Positions 9,531-17,645 are shown, counted from the stretch's first letter. The stretch is DNA of 22,433 nt from a virus (IMGVR_UViG_2627853732_000005); one strand, 5' to 3'. The notes: generated from the letters alone by a model not told the origin. Numbers and translations are program-made.

Positions 9531-9551
9531 AAAACCGCCCGCAGGCGGTTT
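9531..9551 (-). other. intergenic hairpin between I and J (possible attenuator or processing site)
   Basis: CCGCC-CGCA-GGCGG stem-loop; on the minus strand it is followed by UUUUGUCGUUU and then the J ribosome-binding site (GAGGA). Confidence 0.3.
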
Positions 9552-9569
9552 CACATAAAACATTTTGCA

Positions 9570-10211
9570 TCAGCGACCAATCACCACAACCTGACCACCA
9601 TCCCCTTCGTCTGCCGTGCTGATCTCCTGAGAAACCACACGTGACCCCACGCGCATTTCACCGTACAGAACGGGCAGAACATTGCCCTGGGCAACCATGT
9701 TATCCAGTGACGAGAAATACGTGTTCTGCTTACCGTTATCCGTTGTCTGTGTACGGGGAGTTCTGGCTTTCGGTGCCAGCATCTGTGCAACACCGCCAAG
9801 CGTCATACTGGCACCGAGAGAAAACAGCAGATTACTCGCCATAATTCCTACCCCCGGCATCCATATAGCAACCGCCATAACAGCCGCCCCCAGCACCGCC
9901 TGAAACACACCGCCACTTTTAGCTCCCACCAGACGCGGTACTATGTGGATCACTGCACCATTTGCCAGCGGCTCATTAAGACGGGCAGACAATTCGGTTT
10001 CACCTGCATCACGCCCGGCAATGCGCACCTGATACCAGCCGTCACTCAGTTTCTGACGAAACGCCGGGAGCTGTGTGGCCAGTGCCCGGATGGCTTCAGC
10101 CCCCGTTTTCACACGAAGGTCGATGCGGCGACCAAATCGTTGTAAATCCCCGTAAAGGCAGATGCGCGCCATGCCCGGTGACGCCAGAGGGAGTGTGTGC
10201 GTCGCTGCCAT
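9570..10211 (-). CDS. I: tail assembly protein I
   Basis: 213 aa, MAATHTLPLASPGMARICLYGDLQRFG...GGQVVVIGR, lambda gpI-like; its 5' end overlaps the 3' end of K. Confidence 0.9.
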   Translation of the reverse strand: MAATHTLPLASPGMARICLYGDLQRFGRRIDLRVKTGAEAIRALATQLPAFRQKLSDGWYQVRIAGRDAGETELSARLNEPLANGAVIHIVPRLVGAKSGGVFQAVLGAAVMAVAIWMPGVGIMASNLLFSLGASMTLGGVAQMLAPKARTPRTQTTDNGKQNTYFSSLDNMVAQGNVLPVLYGEMRVGSRVVSQEISTADEGDGGQVVVIGR

Positions 10212-10852
10212 TTGTCGGTGTACCTCTCTCGTTTGCTCAGTTGTTCAGGAATATGGTGCAGCAGCCCGCCGTCACCGCAGTAAATGGCGGCATGATTCGG
10301 CACCGATGAACCAAAACAGCACAGCAGCACATCGCCCGGCTGTGCCTCTGTCAGTGCGACACGGTAAAAACCCGTCACCTCCATATTGTCAAGATAGAGA
10401 TTCTGACCGTTACGCCACCAGTCATCCCCGCGATGAAAATCCGGCATCTCAATCCCTGCCAGATGATAAGCATCCCGGAACAGCGTGTAACAGTCCGTCA
10501 CCCCGTGCTCAAAGCGCCGCCCGGTGAGATGCGGCACACAGCGGAACTTGTGAATCGCCCCCCGGCAGACCAGCCACCACGGCAAATCACTCTGCACCTG
10601 CAGCCGCCGGTCAGCCTCACTCAGCCAGGGCAGACCACCGGGATGACTGTGGACCAGCGCCACAATCTCACCCTGCATTTGTGCCCGCAGCCAGTCCTCC
10701 GGAGCCATCCGGAACCGTTCCTCCGGCTCACCGGAGATATTCTCGCTGGGAAGATACCTGTCTCCCTCCGGCGTTCTTACCACGAAGCCACACGACTCCG
10801 CTGGCGCACATCGCCGGGCGTGCGCCAGAATCGCTGATTCTGTCTGTGTCAT
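10109..10852 (-). CDS. K: tail assembly protein K
   Basis: Start reassigned to ATG at 10852 (MTQTESAILAHARRCAPAESCGFVV...), 5 nt after the L stop. Contains an HSHPGG metal-binding motif. The track ORF 10109..11116 is a 5'-extended artefact. Confidence 0.9.
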   Translation of the reverse strand: MTQTESAILAHARRCAPAESCGFVVRTPEGDRYLPSENISGEPEERFRMAPEDWLRAQMQGEIVALVHSHPGGLPWLSEADRRLQVQSDLPWWLVCRGAIHKFRCVPHLTGRRFEHGVTDCYTLFRDAYHLAGIEMPDFHRGDDWWRNGQNLYLDNMEVTGFYRVALTEAQPGDVLLCCFGSSVPNHAAIYCGDGGLLHHIPEQLSKRERYTDKWQRRTHSLWRHRAWRASAFTGIYNDLVAASTFV

Positions 10853-10856
10853 GGAT

Positions 10857-11555
10857 TTACTGAGAAAGTTTATTGATGGAAAGGAAACCGCCGAAATTAC
10901 CGGTATTGTTGCGCAACTCACACCCGCGCATACACTTGCTGCATTTGTCCTTCCGGATATCCGTCGTTGGTTTGTCGAACTCGTCAGCCACTGCCCTGCC
11001 CGTGTAACCACACTCATCAGAACGGTAAGTCCACATACAGGTATTCGCCAGCATGATACGCCCCGGGAAAACCGCGCCATCCGTCTCCGTTGGTGTGGCC
11101 AGCACAAAAGAGGCACTGACCGCGCTCAGTTCGCTGCACTGCTCGATGCGCCAGCGGCTGATCACCTCCTGTTCCGGATCGGCGTCGCTGTTTCCGTTGA
11201 CGAAGTTCACCGCATCCAGAAAACGGGCGTAAACCTTACGCCTGACCACCGTTCCGCCGACCAGACTCTGCAGGTCTTCCGCCATCCCGGTGACCATTCC
11301 GTGCAGGTTAGAAACCGTCAGTGTCGGACGGGCAGCACTGCCCTTGCCGTTCAGTTCAAATCCCGTCCCCTGAATGGGGTATGCCTGATACTGCCGCCCC
11401 TGCCAGGTAACCGGCTCACCTTTTTCGTTCTGCTCATTACAGAAAAAATAACGTTCACCACCGACCTCTGTCAGATCGATTTCCCAGAGCACCACCTGGG
11501 CTGACTGAGTGAGGCGTGTCGTCTCATGATGTGTTTCCTGTGGAATATCCTGCAT
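10857..11555 (-). CDS. L: minor tail protein L
   Basis: 232 aa, MQDIPQETHHETTRLTQSAQVVLWEIDLTEVGGERYFFCNEQNEKGEPV..., lambda gpL-like. Confidence 0.95.
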   Translation of the reverse strand: MQDIPQETHHETTRLTQSAQVVLWEIDLTEVGGERYFFCNEQNEKGEPVTWQGRQYQAYPIQGTGFELNGKGSAARPTLTVSNLHGMVTGMAEDLQSLVGGTVVRRKVYARFLDAVNFVNGNSDADPEQEVISRWRIEQCSELSAVSASFVLATPTETDGAVFPGRIMLANTCMWTYRSDECGYTGRAVADEFDKPTTDIRKDKCSKCMRGCELRNNTGNFGGFLSINKLSQ

Positions 11556-11564
11556 CAGAGCCTC

Positions 11565-11894
11565 CTATGCCACGACCTGTTCAAAATCTGCCGTTATGGT
11601 TACCCACAACGCCCCCACGCTTGCCGACCATTTACGACAAACCACCCTGATCGGCTTCCAGTCATAAGGTGGCGTCCACTGAAATGCGCGGACGCCACCG
11701 TGCCGTTCCAGAAAGGCTTTTAAAAATGGGTGTTCACCTTTACGAACACGTATCTTCACGCTGTAAGTCGACAACTGGTTATTCAGTCCCGCCGCACGAC
11801 GCTGTTCATAACCATCGCCCAGCTTCACTGTCACCACTTTCGGCTCTGATACCACATTCATATCCGGGCGCACTTTCCAGTGAAACGTCTCCAT
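11565..11894 (-). CDS. M: minor tail protein M
   Basis: 109 aa, METFHWKVRPDMNVVSEPK...FEQVVA, lambda gpM-like; its start overlaps the stop of the H fragment (TAATG). Confidence 0.95.
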   Translation of the reverse strand: METFHWKVRPDMNVVSEPKVVTVKLGDGYEQRRAAGLNNQLSTYSVKIRVRKGEHPFLKAFLERHGGVRAFQWTPPYDWKPIRVVCRKWSASVGALWVTITADFEQVVA

Positions 11895-12233
11895 TACCGG
11901 TATGCTCCACTTAACCGGCCACCATCACGGGCCTGCTGTTGCATAAAGTCCGCGGCCGCTTTTTTCCCGAGGTCATAAACCACCTTCAGGGCAGCCGGAC
12001 CTATCTGCCCGTTCGTGCCATCGTTATTGATCTCAATGTTGTACTGCGGGGCAAACATCACCATGCCTGAACCACCAGTATCCGCCACACCCCCCAGCTT
12101 ACCATCAGCACCGCGACGCAGTGGCAGAATGGCTTCAGGTCCCGCTTCCCCCATCACACCCGCGCCTTTTGCAAAAGCAAAAAACGTCGGACGGTTAACC
12201 ACCGTGCCACTGTAGCGACTCAAATCAGCAGAC
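11894..12233 (-). pseudogene. H: tail tape-measure gene H, C-terminal ~110 codons only; 5' part replaced by IS600
   Basis: Track ORF 11894..12259 begins with codons read out of the IS600 left end (SVKLRLPQ), then continues as an open frame that ends at the stop overlapping the M start. Identity inferred from position and frame. Confidence 0.7.
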
Positions 12234-12715
12234 TGAGGTAGCCTGAGTTTAACGGACACTCCTTCCTGAAATAGAATGGCATCAGAAGGAGCTAATAATG
12301 AGCAGAAAAACCCAACGTTACTCTAAAGAGTTCAAAGCCGAAGCTGTCAGAACGGTTCCTGAAAATCAACTTTCGATCAGTGAAGGCGCTTCCCGATTAT
12401 CTCTTCCTGAAGGCACTTTAGGACAATGGGTTACCGCCGCCAGAAAAGGGCTCGGTACTCCTGGTTCCCGCACGGTGGCTGAACTGGAATCTGAAATTCT
12501 GCAACTGCGTAAGGCGTTAAATGAAGCTCGCCTTGAGCGAGATATATTAAAAAAAGCAACAGCGTATTTTGCACAGGAGTCGCTGAAAAATACGCGTTAA
12601 TCGAACAATGGCGACAACAATTTCCCATTGAAGCGATGTGTCAGGTATTTGGTGTATCCAGGAGCGGTTATTACAACTGGGTACAGCATGAACCCTCAGA
12701 CAGAAAACAAAGTGA
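12234..12715 (+). mobile_element. IS600-like element, copy C, left 482 bp only
   Basis: Left terminal repeat at 12234, orfA, and the first ~20 codons of orfB. The sequence then jumps at 12713-12715 (shared TGA) into the left end of copy D. Confidence 0.85.
12298..12600 (+). CDS. IS3-family transposase OrfA, copy C
   Basis: 100 aa; carries the VPENQ variant (VLENQ in copies B and D). Confidence 0.8.
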   Translation: MSRKTQRYSKEFKAEAVRTVPENQLSISEGASRLSLPEGTLGQWVTAARKGLGTPGSRTVAELESEILQLRKALNEARLERDILKKATAYFAQESLKNTR

Positions 12716-12776
12716 GGTAGCCTGAGTTTAACGGACACTCCTTCCTGAAATAGAATGGCATCAGAAGGAGCTAATA

Positions 12777-13079
12777 ATGAGCAGAAAAACCCAACGTTAC
12801 TCTAAAGAGTTCAAAGCCGAAGCTGTCAGAACGGTTCTTGAAAATCAACTTTCGATCAGTGAAGGCGCTTCCCGATTATCTCTTCCTGAAGGCACTTTAG
12901 GACAATGGGTTACCGCCGCCAGAAAAGGGCTCGGTACTCCTGGTTCCCGCACGGTGGCTGAACTGGAATCTGAAATTCTGCAACTGCGTAAGGCGTTAAA
13001 TGAAGCTCGCCTTGAGCGAGATATATTAAAAAAAGCAACAGCGTATTTTGCACAGGAGTCGCTGAAAAATACGCGTTAA
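12777..13079 (+). CDS. IS3-family transposase OrfA, copy D
   Basis: 100 aa, identical in translation to copy B OrfA. Confidence 0.85.
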   Translation: MSRKTQRYSKEFKAEAVRTVLENQLSISEGASRLSLPEGTLGQWVTAARKGLGTPGSRTVAELESEILQLRKALNEARLERDILKKATAYFAQESLKNTR

Positions 13080-13114
13080 TCGAACAATGGCGACAACAAT
13101 TTCCCATTGAAGCG

Positions 13115-13754
13115 ATGTGTCAGGTATTTGGTGTATCCAGGAGCGGTTATTACAACTGGGTACAGCATGAACCCTCAGACAGAAAACAAAGTGATGAGCG
13201 GCTAAAACTGGAGATTAAGGTGGCACATATCCGCACTCGCGAAACATATGGAACCCGGCGGCTCCAGACGGAGCTGGCAGAGAATGGCATCATCGTTGGT
13301 CGTGACCGACTGGCACGTCTTCGTAAGGAGCTAAGGCTACGCTGTAAGCAGAAACGCAAGTTCAGAGCGACTACGAACTCGAACCACAATCTGCCAGTTG
13401 CGCCAAATCTGCTGAACCAGACGTTCGCTCCTACAGCACCAAATCAGGTCTGGGTGGCGGACCTGACGTATGTTGCCACACAGGAGGGATGGTTGTACCT
13501 CGCAGGAGCAGTCTGGTCTGAAAACATCAATGTCGCGTAAAGGTAACTGTTACGACAACGCTCCGATGGAAAGCTTCTGGGGAACGCTGAAAAATGAGAG
13601 CCTGAGCCACTATCGTTTTAATAACCGGGATGAAGCCATCTCAGTAATACGGGAATACATTGAGATTTTCTACAATCGTCAGCGTCGTCACTCTCGTCTG
13701 GGGAATATCTCCCCGGCAGCCTTCAGGGAAAAATATCATCAGATGGCTGCTTAA
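13115..13754 (+). pseudogene. IS3-family transposase OrfB disrupted by internal deletion, copy D
   Basis: Track shows two fragments (13115..13540 and 13470..13754) in different frames; the first diverges after EGWLYLAG. Confidence 0.8.
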
Positions 13755-13979
13755 AAAAAGAACAAATGGTAGTGTCCGCTATTGCCAGTACACCTCACAC
13801 TCTATCCAACAAACCACCCACAGTTAATCGGAATAAAAGCAGAGTGCTTATGAATGATCGCACGCCCGAAGGTTAGTATTTCTGCACAGCAATTTTGCAA
13901 AAAAAGGCGATCATTCATAACTTAAACGTCTTTCAGTCACTCCGGGATTTCCCATCATCGCAGACTGAAAGACTCTGAC

Positions 13980-14054
<75 letters not shown>

Positions 14055-14057
14055 ATA

Positions 14058-14133
<76 letters not shown>

Positions 14134-14135
14134 GC

Positions 14136-14212
14136 TGGCCCACCACCGAGGACTCGAACCTCGCACCGTCAACTTAGAAGGTTGATGCTCTATCCGGATG
14201 AGCTAGTGGTGG
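14136..14212 (-). tRNA. tRNA-Arg (anticodon UCU)
   Basis: Reverse complement CCACCACTAGCTCATCCGGATAGAGCATCAACCTTCTAAGTTGACGGTGCGAGGTTCGAGTCCTCGGTGGTGGGCCA. Acceptor CCACCAC/GTGGTGG, anticodon stem TCAAC/GTTGA, loop CTTCTAA; encoded CCA. Confidence 0.8.
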
Positions 14213-14213
14213 T

Positions 14214-14290
14214 TGGTGGCCCTTGCTGGACTTGAACCAGCGACCTGGCGATTATGAGTCGCTCGCTCTGACCAACTGAGCTAAAGGGCC
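14214..14290 (-). tRNA. tRNA with CAU anticodon, most likely Ile2 (lysidine type) rather than elongator Met
   Basis: Reverse complement GGCCCTTTAGCTCAGTTGGTCAGAGCGAGCGACTCATAATCGCCAGGTCGCTGGTTCAAGTCCAGCAAGGGCCACCA. Anticodon loop CTCATAA. Overall close to E. coli ileX as I remember it; Ile versus Met cannot be settled by eye. Confidence 0.75.
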
Positions 14291-14377
14291 GGAGGCAGAA
14301 TAATAACCATATGTCATCACATCTGCAAACTCATCTGACCACCAGCACGTTTAACGTCCTGTGCCGTTTTTCAGGTA

Positions 14378-14405
14378 TAAAAAAACCCGCATAAAGCGGG
14401 CTCTT
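14378..14405 (-). terminator. rho-independent terminator between Q and the tRNA array (possible tR' analogue)
   Basis: Minus-strand RNA CCCGC-UUUAU-GCGGG followed by UUUUUUUA (plus-strand stems 14386-14390 and 14396-14400, A-run 14378-14385). Confidence 0.6.
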
Positions 14406-14479
14406 TCAAATGTCCATGTCTGCTATTCGCCTCGCGGTACAGCTTTGCGAAGCGTACAAGAATTGAAGCAGTTTTTACG

Positions 14480-15034
14480 TCAAAAAGCAATAACTTTTTT
14501 CTCTATACCAAAAGCCATAACCATTGGTTTGTACAAAATAAATTCTGCCACCTTTAGCCAATGCTCAATGCGTCTTTCACAGGTTCTTAAACTCCATTTC
14601 GGGTGTGCATCATTCAGCAGTTCAGCCATTTTGCGTTTGGTCATCCCCCGCCCCTCATACCGTTGCCGAAGGACGCTAATCAATCCTGGATGCTCTGCCA
14701 GCACCTCACTTATGACCCGATCAATACATAACGCCTCTGCATCAGTACAATGCGCCAGCCAGCTCTTTTGCTTACCGTTAATCATATCCCGCAAAAAAGC
14801 CTCAAGTTCAGACTTGTTCAGACCTGCTTTTTTCATCCTCCGGAGCGCCTCGTTAATTGCCGTTTTTGTCAGCTTTTTAGAGGTCAACATCAGGTTAAAC
14901 ATATTCCCCGTCTTACCGCCACCAATATACGACCAGCGCCCCCACATACGTAGTTTTCCCTGAATCCAGACACTTTCCAGCGTGGTGAGACGAAGGTGTT
15001 CTCCGCTTTTTCCTGTATTCGTTGGGTAAATCAT
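14480..15034 (-). CDS. late-gene antiterminator Q-like protein (QuuD/Q82-type)
   Basis: Start reassigned to ATG at 15034 (MIYPTNTGKSGEHLRL...), which overlaps the upstream stop as ATGA and is preceded by GGAGG. Contains LRMWGRW and CTDAEALCIDRV, resembling the ERWGAW / C.DD...I motifs of QuuD as recalled. Sits between nin genes and the terminator/tRNAs. Confidence 0.65.
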   Translation of the reverse strand: MIYPTNTGKSGEHLRLTTLESVWIQGKLRMWGRWSYIGGGKTGNMFNLMLTSKKLTKTAINEALRRMKKAGLNKSELEAFLRDMINGKQKSWLAHCTDAEALCIDRVISEVLAEHPGLISVLRQRYEGRGMTKRKMAELLNDAHPKWSLRTCERRIEHWLKVAEFILYKPMVMAFGIEKKVIAF

Positions 15035-15321
15035 AAATATCCCTCCTTTCTCCAGATTTCTTGTGTGCGAAAAACACCTTCTGCATGCATCAGGCGTAAT
15101 TCTTCTTTGGTGTAATCGCTGGTTTTTACCCGCCCGTCGATTAAATCGTGGCACGAGCTACAGGCAATCGCTGCCTGCATATCGTGTGGCTTTATCGCTG
15201 TTCCGCACGTTCCCGCCAGTCGGTAATGCGCCAGCACAGACGTTTCCGGATCGTGATTGCAGTAGCCAGGAATTCTGACGGTGCACATCTGCCCCCGCGC
15301 CGCTTTACGTAAATCCACCAT
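15031..15321 (-). CDS. YbcO-like nin-region protein (DUF1364-type, Cys-rich)
   Basis: 96 aa, MVDLRKAARGQMCTVRIPGYCNHDPETSVLAHYRLAG...AIACSSCHD, resembling DLP12 YbcO as recalled; start overlaps the upstream stop (TAATG). Confidence 0.65.
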   Translation of the reverse strand: MVDLRKAARGQMCTVRIPGYCNHDPETSVLAHYRLAGTCGTAIKPHDMQAAIACSSCHDLIDGRVKTSDYTKEELRLMHAEGVFRTQEIWRKEGYL

Positions 15322-15920
15322 TACGCAAACTCCAGCAGCTGCGCGGCCACATTTTCGACTTGTTCCGGAGAGGAAAATTTACGGAACAGAATCCAGTTCC
15401 ACAGCACATTCAGAACAGATTTATAAACCTGCTGAAACTCGGTTTCGTCCATATTCGCAAAAGCGATGGATTTTGCCCGACGCCCGCGGCTACCGTCCGG
15501 ATAAAAATGTTCGGTGTAAAATCCAGCCTGAATGGTTACCCACTCGCGAAAAGCCTCAAACGACTTTAGCAATGCCGTATCCCGGGTTCTGCGTGTCGCA
15601 ACTGTATTCAGATATTGCTCTGCGGCTTCGCTCAGAGCTGGCGTATGTTCCCGACCTACTGATTCGCACAGGTAATCAACGAAACCAGACAGCAGTTCTC
15701 GTTCGCGAGGCGTGATCGCCCCACCGACCGGAGTCCAGTAATCGAATCCCAGTTGCAGGAGTTTGAAAAAACGCTTGTGGAATGCGTAGTTACGCACACG
15801 CTTAAAGTCTGCGTGTATCCACTCACCTGTTTTGATTTGATGCAGAAAATCGCAACTCTCCGGCGTCGCCGGGAGAAGTAATCCGGAAGAGGTTTGTTTG
15901 ATCAGTTGTATATGCGCCAT
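15321..15920 (-). CDS. nin-region phage protein of unknown function
   Basis: 199-aa ORF in the same operon orientation, tightly coupled to the following gene. I suspect a DUF family but cannot recall it reliably. Confidence 0.55.
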   Translation of the reverse strand: MAHIQLIKQTSSGLLLPATPESCDFLHQIKTGEWIHADFKRVRNYAFHKRFFKLLQLGFDYWTPVGGAITPRERELLSGFVDYLCESVGREHTPALSEAAEQYLNTVATRRTRDTALLKSFEAFREWVTIQAGFYTEHFYPDGSRGRRAKSIAFANMDETEFQQVYKSVLNVLWNWILFRKFSSPEQVENVAAQLLEFA

Positions 15921-15991
15921 CGTAGTTCTCCGCTGGCGCAGTAGAATGGGTGTTCAGCCCGTTATGTAGTATACCAGAATTAATGCCAATA

Positions 15992-16204
15992 CTAACAGGA
16001 TGCTCTGACTCGCAATTCATCCAGCAGTTTATCATTTCCCATAATGTCACTTACCCTCATCGGTAAAAAAATTGCCTTTCGACCATTACGATACATCATT
16101 GATTTTTTGGTTTCAGGGAAGTAATCCATTTCGACTATAACTGACAGGTCATCACGACGTATGACTGCGTATTTACTACTAAATAGTTTCTTTATTTTTT
16201 CCAC
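15992..16204 (-). CDS. hypothetical small protein (70 aa)
   Basis: GTG start at 16204 preceded by GGAGG at the right spacing; IS1 copy 1 lies 52 bp upstream of the start. Confidence 0.35.
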   Translation of the reverse strand: MEKIKKLFSSKYAVIRRDDLSVIVEMDYFPETKKSMMYRNGRKAIFLPMRVSDIMGNDKLLDELRVRASC

Positions 16205-16310
16205 GATGCCTCCAGGTTTATAAGTACAAACGGTTATATCAACATAGAGACAAAAGGTGATGCTGCCAACTTACTGATTTAGTGTATGATCGTGTTTTTG
16301 AGGTGCTCCA

Positions 16311-16586
16311 GTGGCTTCTGTTTCTATCAGCTGTCCCTCCTGTTCAGCTACTGACGGGGTGGTGCGTAACGGCAAAAGCACTGCCGGACATCAGCGCTAT
16401 CTCTGCTCTCACTGCCGTAAAACATGGCAACTGCAGTTCACTTACACCGCTTCCCAACCCGGTACGCACCAGAAAATCATTGATATGGCCATGAATGGCG
16501 TTGGATGCCGGGCAACTGCACGCATTATGGGCGTTGGCCTCAACACGATTTTACGTCACTTAAAAAACTCAGGCCGCAGTCGGTAA
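16311..16586 (+). CDS. insA: IS1 InsA
   Basis: [43 protein letters not shown]..., 91 aa. Confidence 0.95.
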
Positions 16587-17008
16587 CCTCGCGCATACAG
16601 CCGGGCAGTGACGTCATCGTCTGCGCGGAAATGGACGAACAGTGGGGCTATGTCGGGGCTAAATCGCGCCAGCGCTGGCTGTTTTACGCGTATGACAGTC
16701 TCCGGAAGACGGTTGTTGCGCACGTATTCGGTGAACGCACTATGGCGACGCTGGGGCGTCTTATGAGCCTGCTGTCACCCTTTGACGTGGTGATATGGAT
16801 GACGGATGGCTGGCCGCTGTATGAATCCCGCCTGAAGGGAAAGCTGCACGTAATCAGCAAGCGATATACGCAGCGAATTGAGCGGCATAACCTGAATCTG
16901 AGGCAGCACCTGGCACGGCTGGGACGGAAGTCGCTGTCGTTCTCAAAATCGGTGGAGCTGCATGACAAAGTCATCGGGCATTATCTGAACATAAAACACT
17001 ATCAATAA
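16505..17008 (+). CDS. insB: IS1 InsB reading frame (expressed as an InsAB' fusion after a -1 frameshift)
   Basis: 167-aa ORF as given by the track; the functional transposase is known to be the frameshift fusion. Confidence 0.9.
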
Positions 17009-17084
17009 GTTGGAGTCATTACCAAAAAAACCGCCGAAACGGGTTAAGTGCGGGTGCGTTGAGGATGCCTGACACATCAAAGGT

Positions 17085-17106
17085 GGCGGGAGATTACTCT
17101 CCCGCC
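17085..17106 (-). other. perfect hairpin 10 nt 3' of the hok stop (candidate hok mRNA 3' structural element)
   Basis: GGCGGGAGA-TTAC-TCTCCCGCC, 9-bp stem and 4-nt loop; no U-tract. Confidence 0.4.
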
Positions 17107-17115
17107 TGGTCACTC

Positions 17116-17271
17116 TTACTCTCTAGATTCGTAGTCTACGAAAACAGCGACCTCCGTCTGGCCGATTCGGATTCGTACCTCGCAGAGGTCTTTCCTCGTT
17201 ACCAGTGCCGTCACAATGACGGTTAAACAGATGACGATCAGGGCGATTAACATCGCCTTTTGCTGCTTCAT
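17116..17271 (-). CDS. hok: Hok/Gef-family type I toxin (51 aa); the in-frame upstream extension to 17328 is Mok-like
   Basis: MKQQKAMLIALIVICLTVIVTALVTRKDLCEVRIRIGQTEVAVFVDYESRE closely follows HokD/HokC as recalled. AAGGAG lies 9 nt upstream of the ATG at 17271. Confidence 0.85.
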   Translation of the reverse strand: MKQQKAMLIALIVICLTVIVTALVTRKDLCEVRIRIGQTEVAVFVDYESRE

Positions 17272-17610
17272 AGCCTGCTTCTCCTTGCCTTTCGGCACGT
17301 AAGAGGCTAACCTACATTTGTGAGACATAGATTGGGCCTCAGATTAATGTTAAGCGTCTTGCAGGACGCGTAATGTTAACTGGGGCTTTTCTCTGTCTGC
17401 CTTACAGTGACATACCCGAGGCAGACAGCCTCAAGCACCCGCAGCAATCTTACCGACACCGATAAGAAAACGCTATTTTTTATTGCCAGCACCATCTATC
17501 CAGGCTAGTTTATCTGCGTCAGAACGGCGCAATGCGCTCGCCTGAGATACGTTTACTTGCCATGGTAACAACAGGTAACGGCAATTGCTGTTTCTGTTTT
17601 GTTTCCTTCA

Positions 17611-17645
17611 AAAACCCCGGACCATCAATCCGGGGTTTTTGTTTG
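17611..17645. terminator. bidirectional rho-independent terminator
   Basis: AAAA-CCCCGGA-CCATCAA-TCCGGGG-TTTTTGTTTG; U-tracts on both strands, stronger on the plus strand. Confidence 0.65.

Larger units (their letters stand above)
12713..13797 (+). mobile_element. IS600-like element, copy D, both ends present but with a 179-bp internal deletion in orfB
   Basis: Length 1085 = 1264 - 179. Deletion junction at 13503/13504 (GTACCTCGC|AGGAGCAG) with 1-nt microhomology. Right end CACCTCA at 13791-13797. Confidence 0.85.
16256..17023 (+). mobile_element. IS1, copy 1, full length (768 bp), no target-site duplication
   Basis: Ends GGTGATGCTGCCAACTTACTGAT ... ATCAATAAGTTGGAGTCATTACC; InsA and InsB ORFs and the A6C frameshift run at 16562-16568. 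Flanks GAGACAAAA and AAAAAAACC do not match. Confidence 0.95.

Noticed and set aside
10109-11116. 335-aa track ORF treated as one gene
   Set aside because: Its first 88 codons overlap gene L in another frame; the real K start is the ATG at 10852.
10851-11504. 217-aa plus-strand ORF antisense to L and K
   Set aside because: Antisense to gpL, whose identity is clear; no independent support.
12234-13797. Possible CRISPR-like or tandem repeat array
   Set aside because: The repeated units are about 0.5-1.1 kb and encode transposase. They are tandem IS copies, not short repeat-spacer units.
14361-14963. 200-aa plus-strand ORF antisense to Q
   Set aside because: Overlaps the Q-like gene on the opposite strand and begins inside the terminator; the minus-strand genes have coupling signals and motifs.
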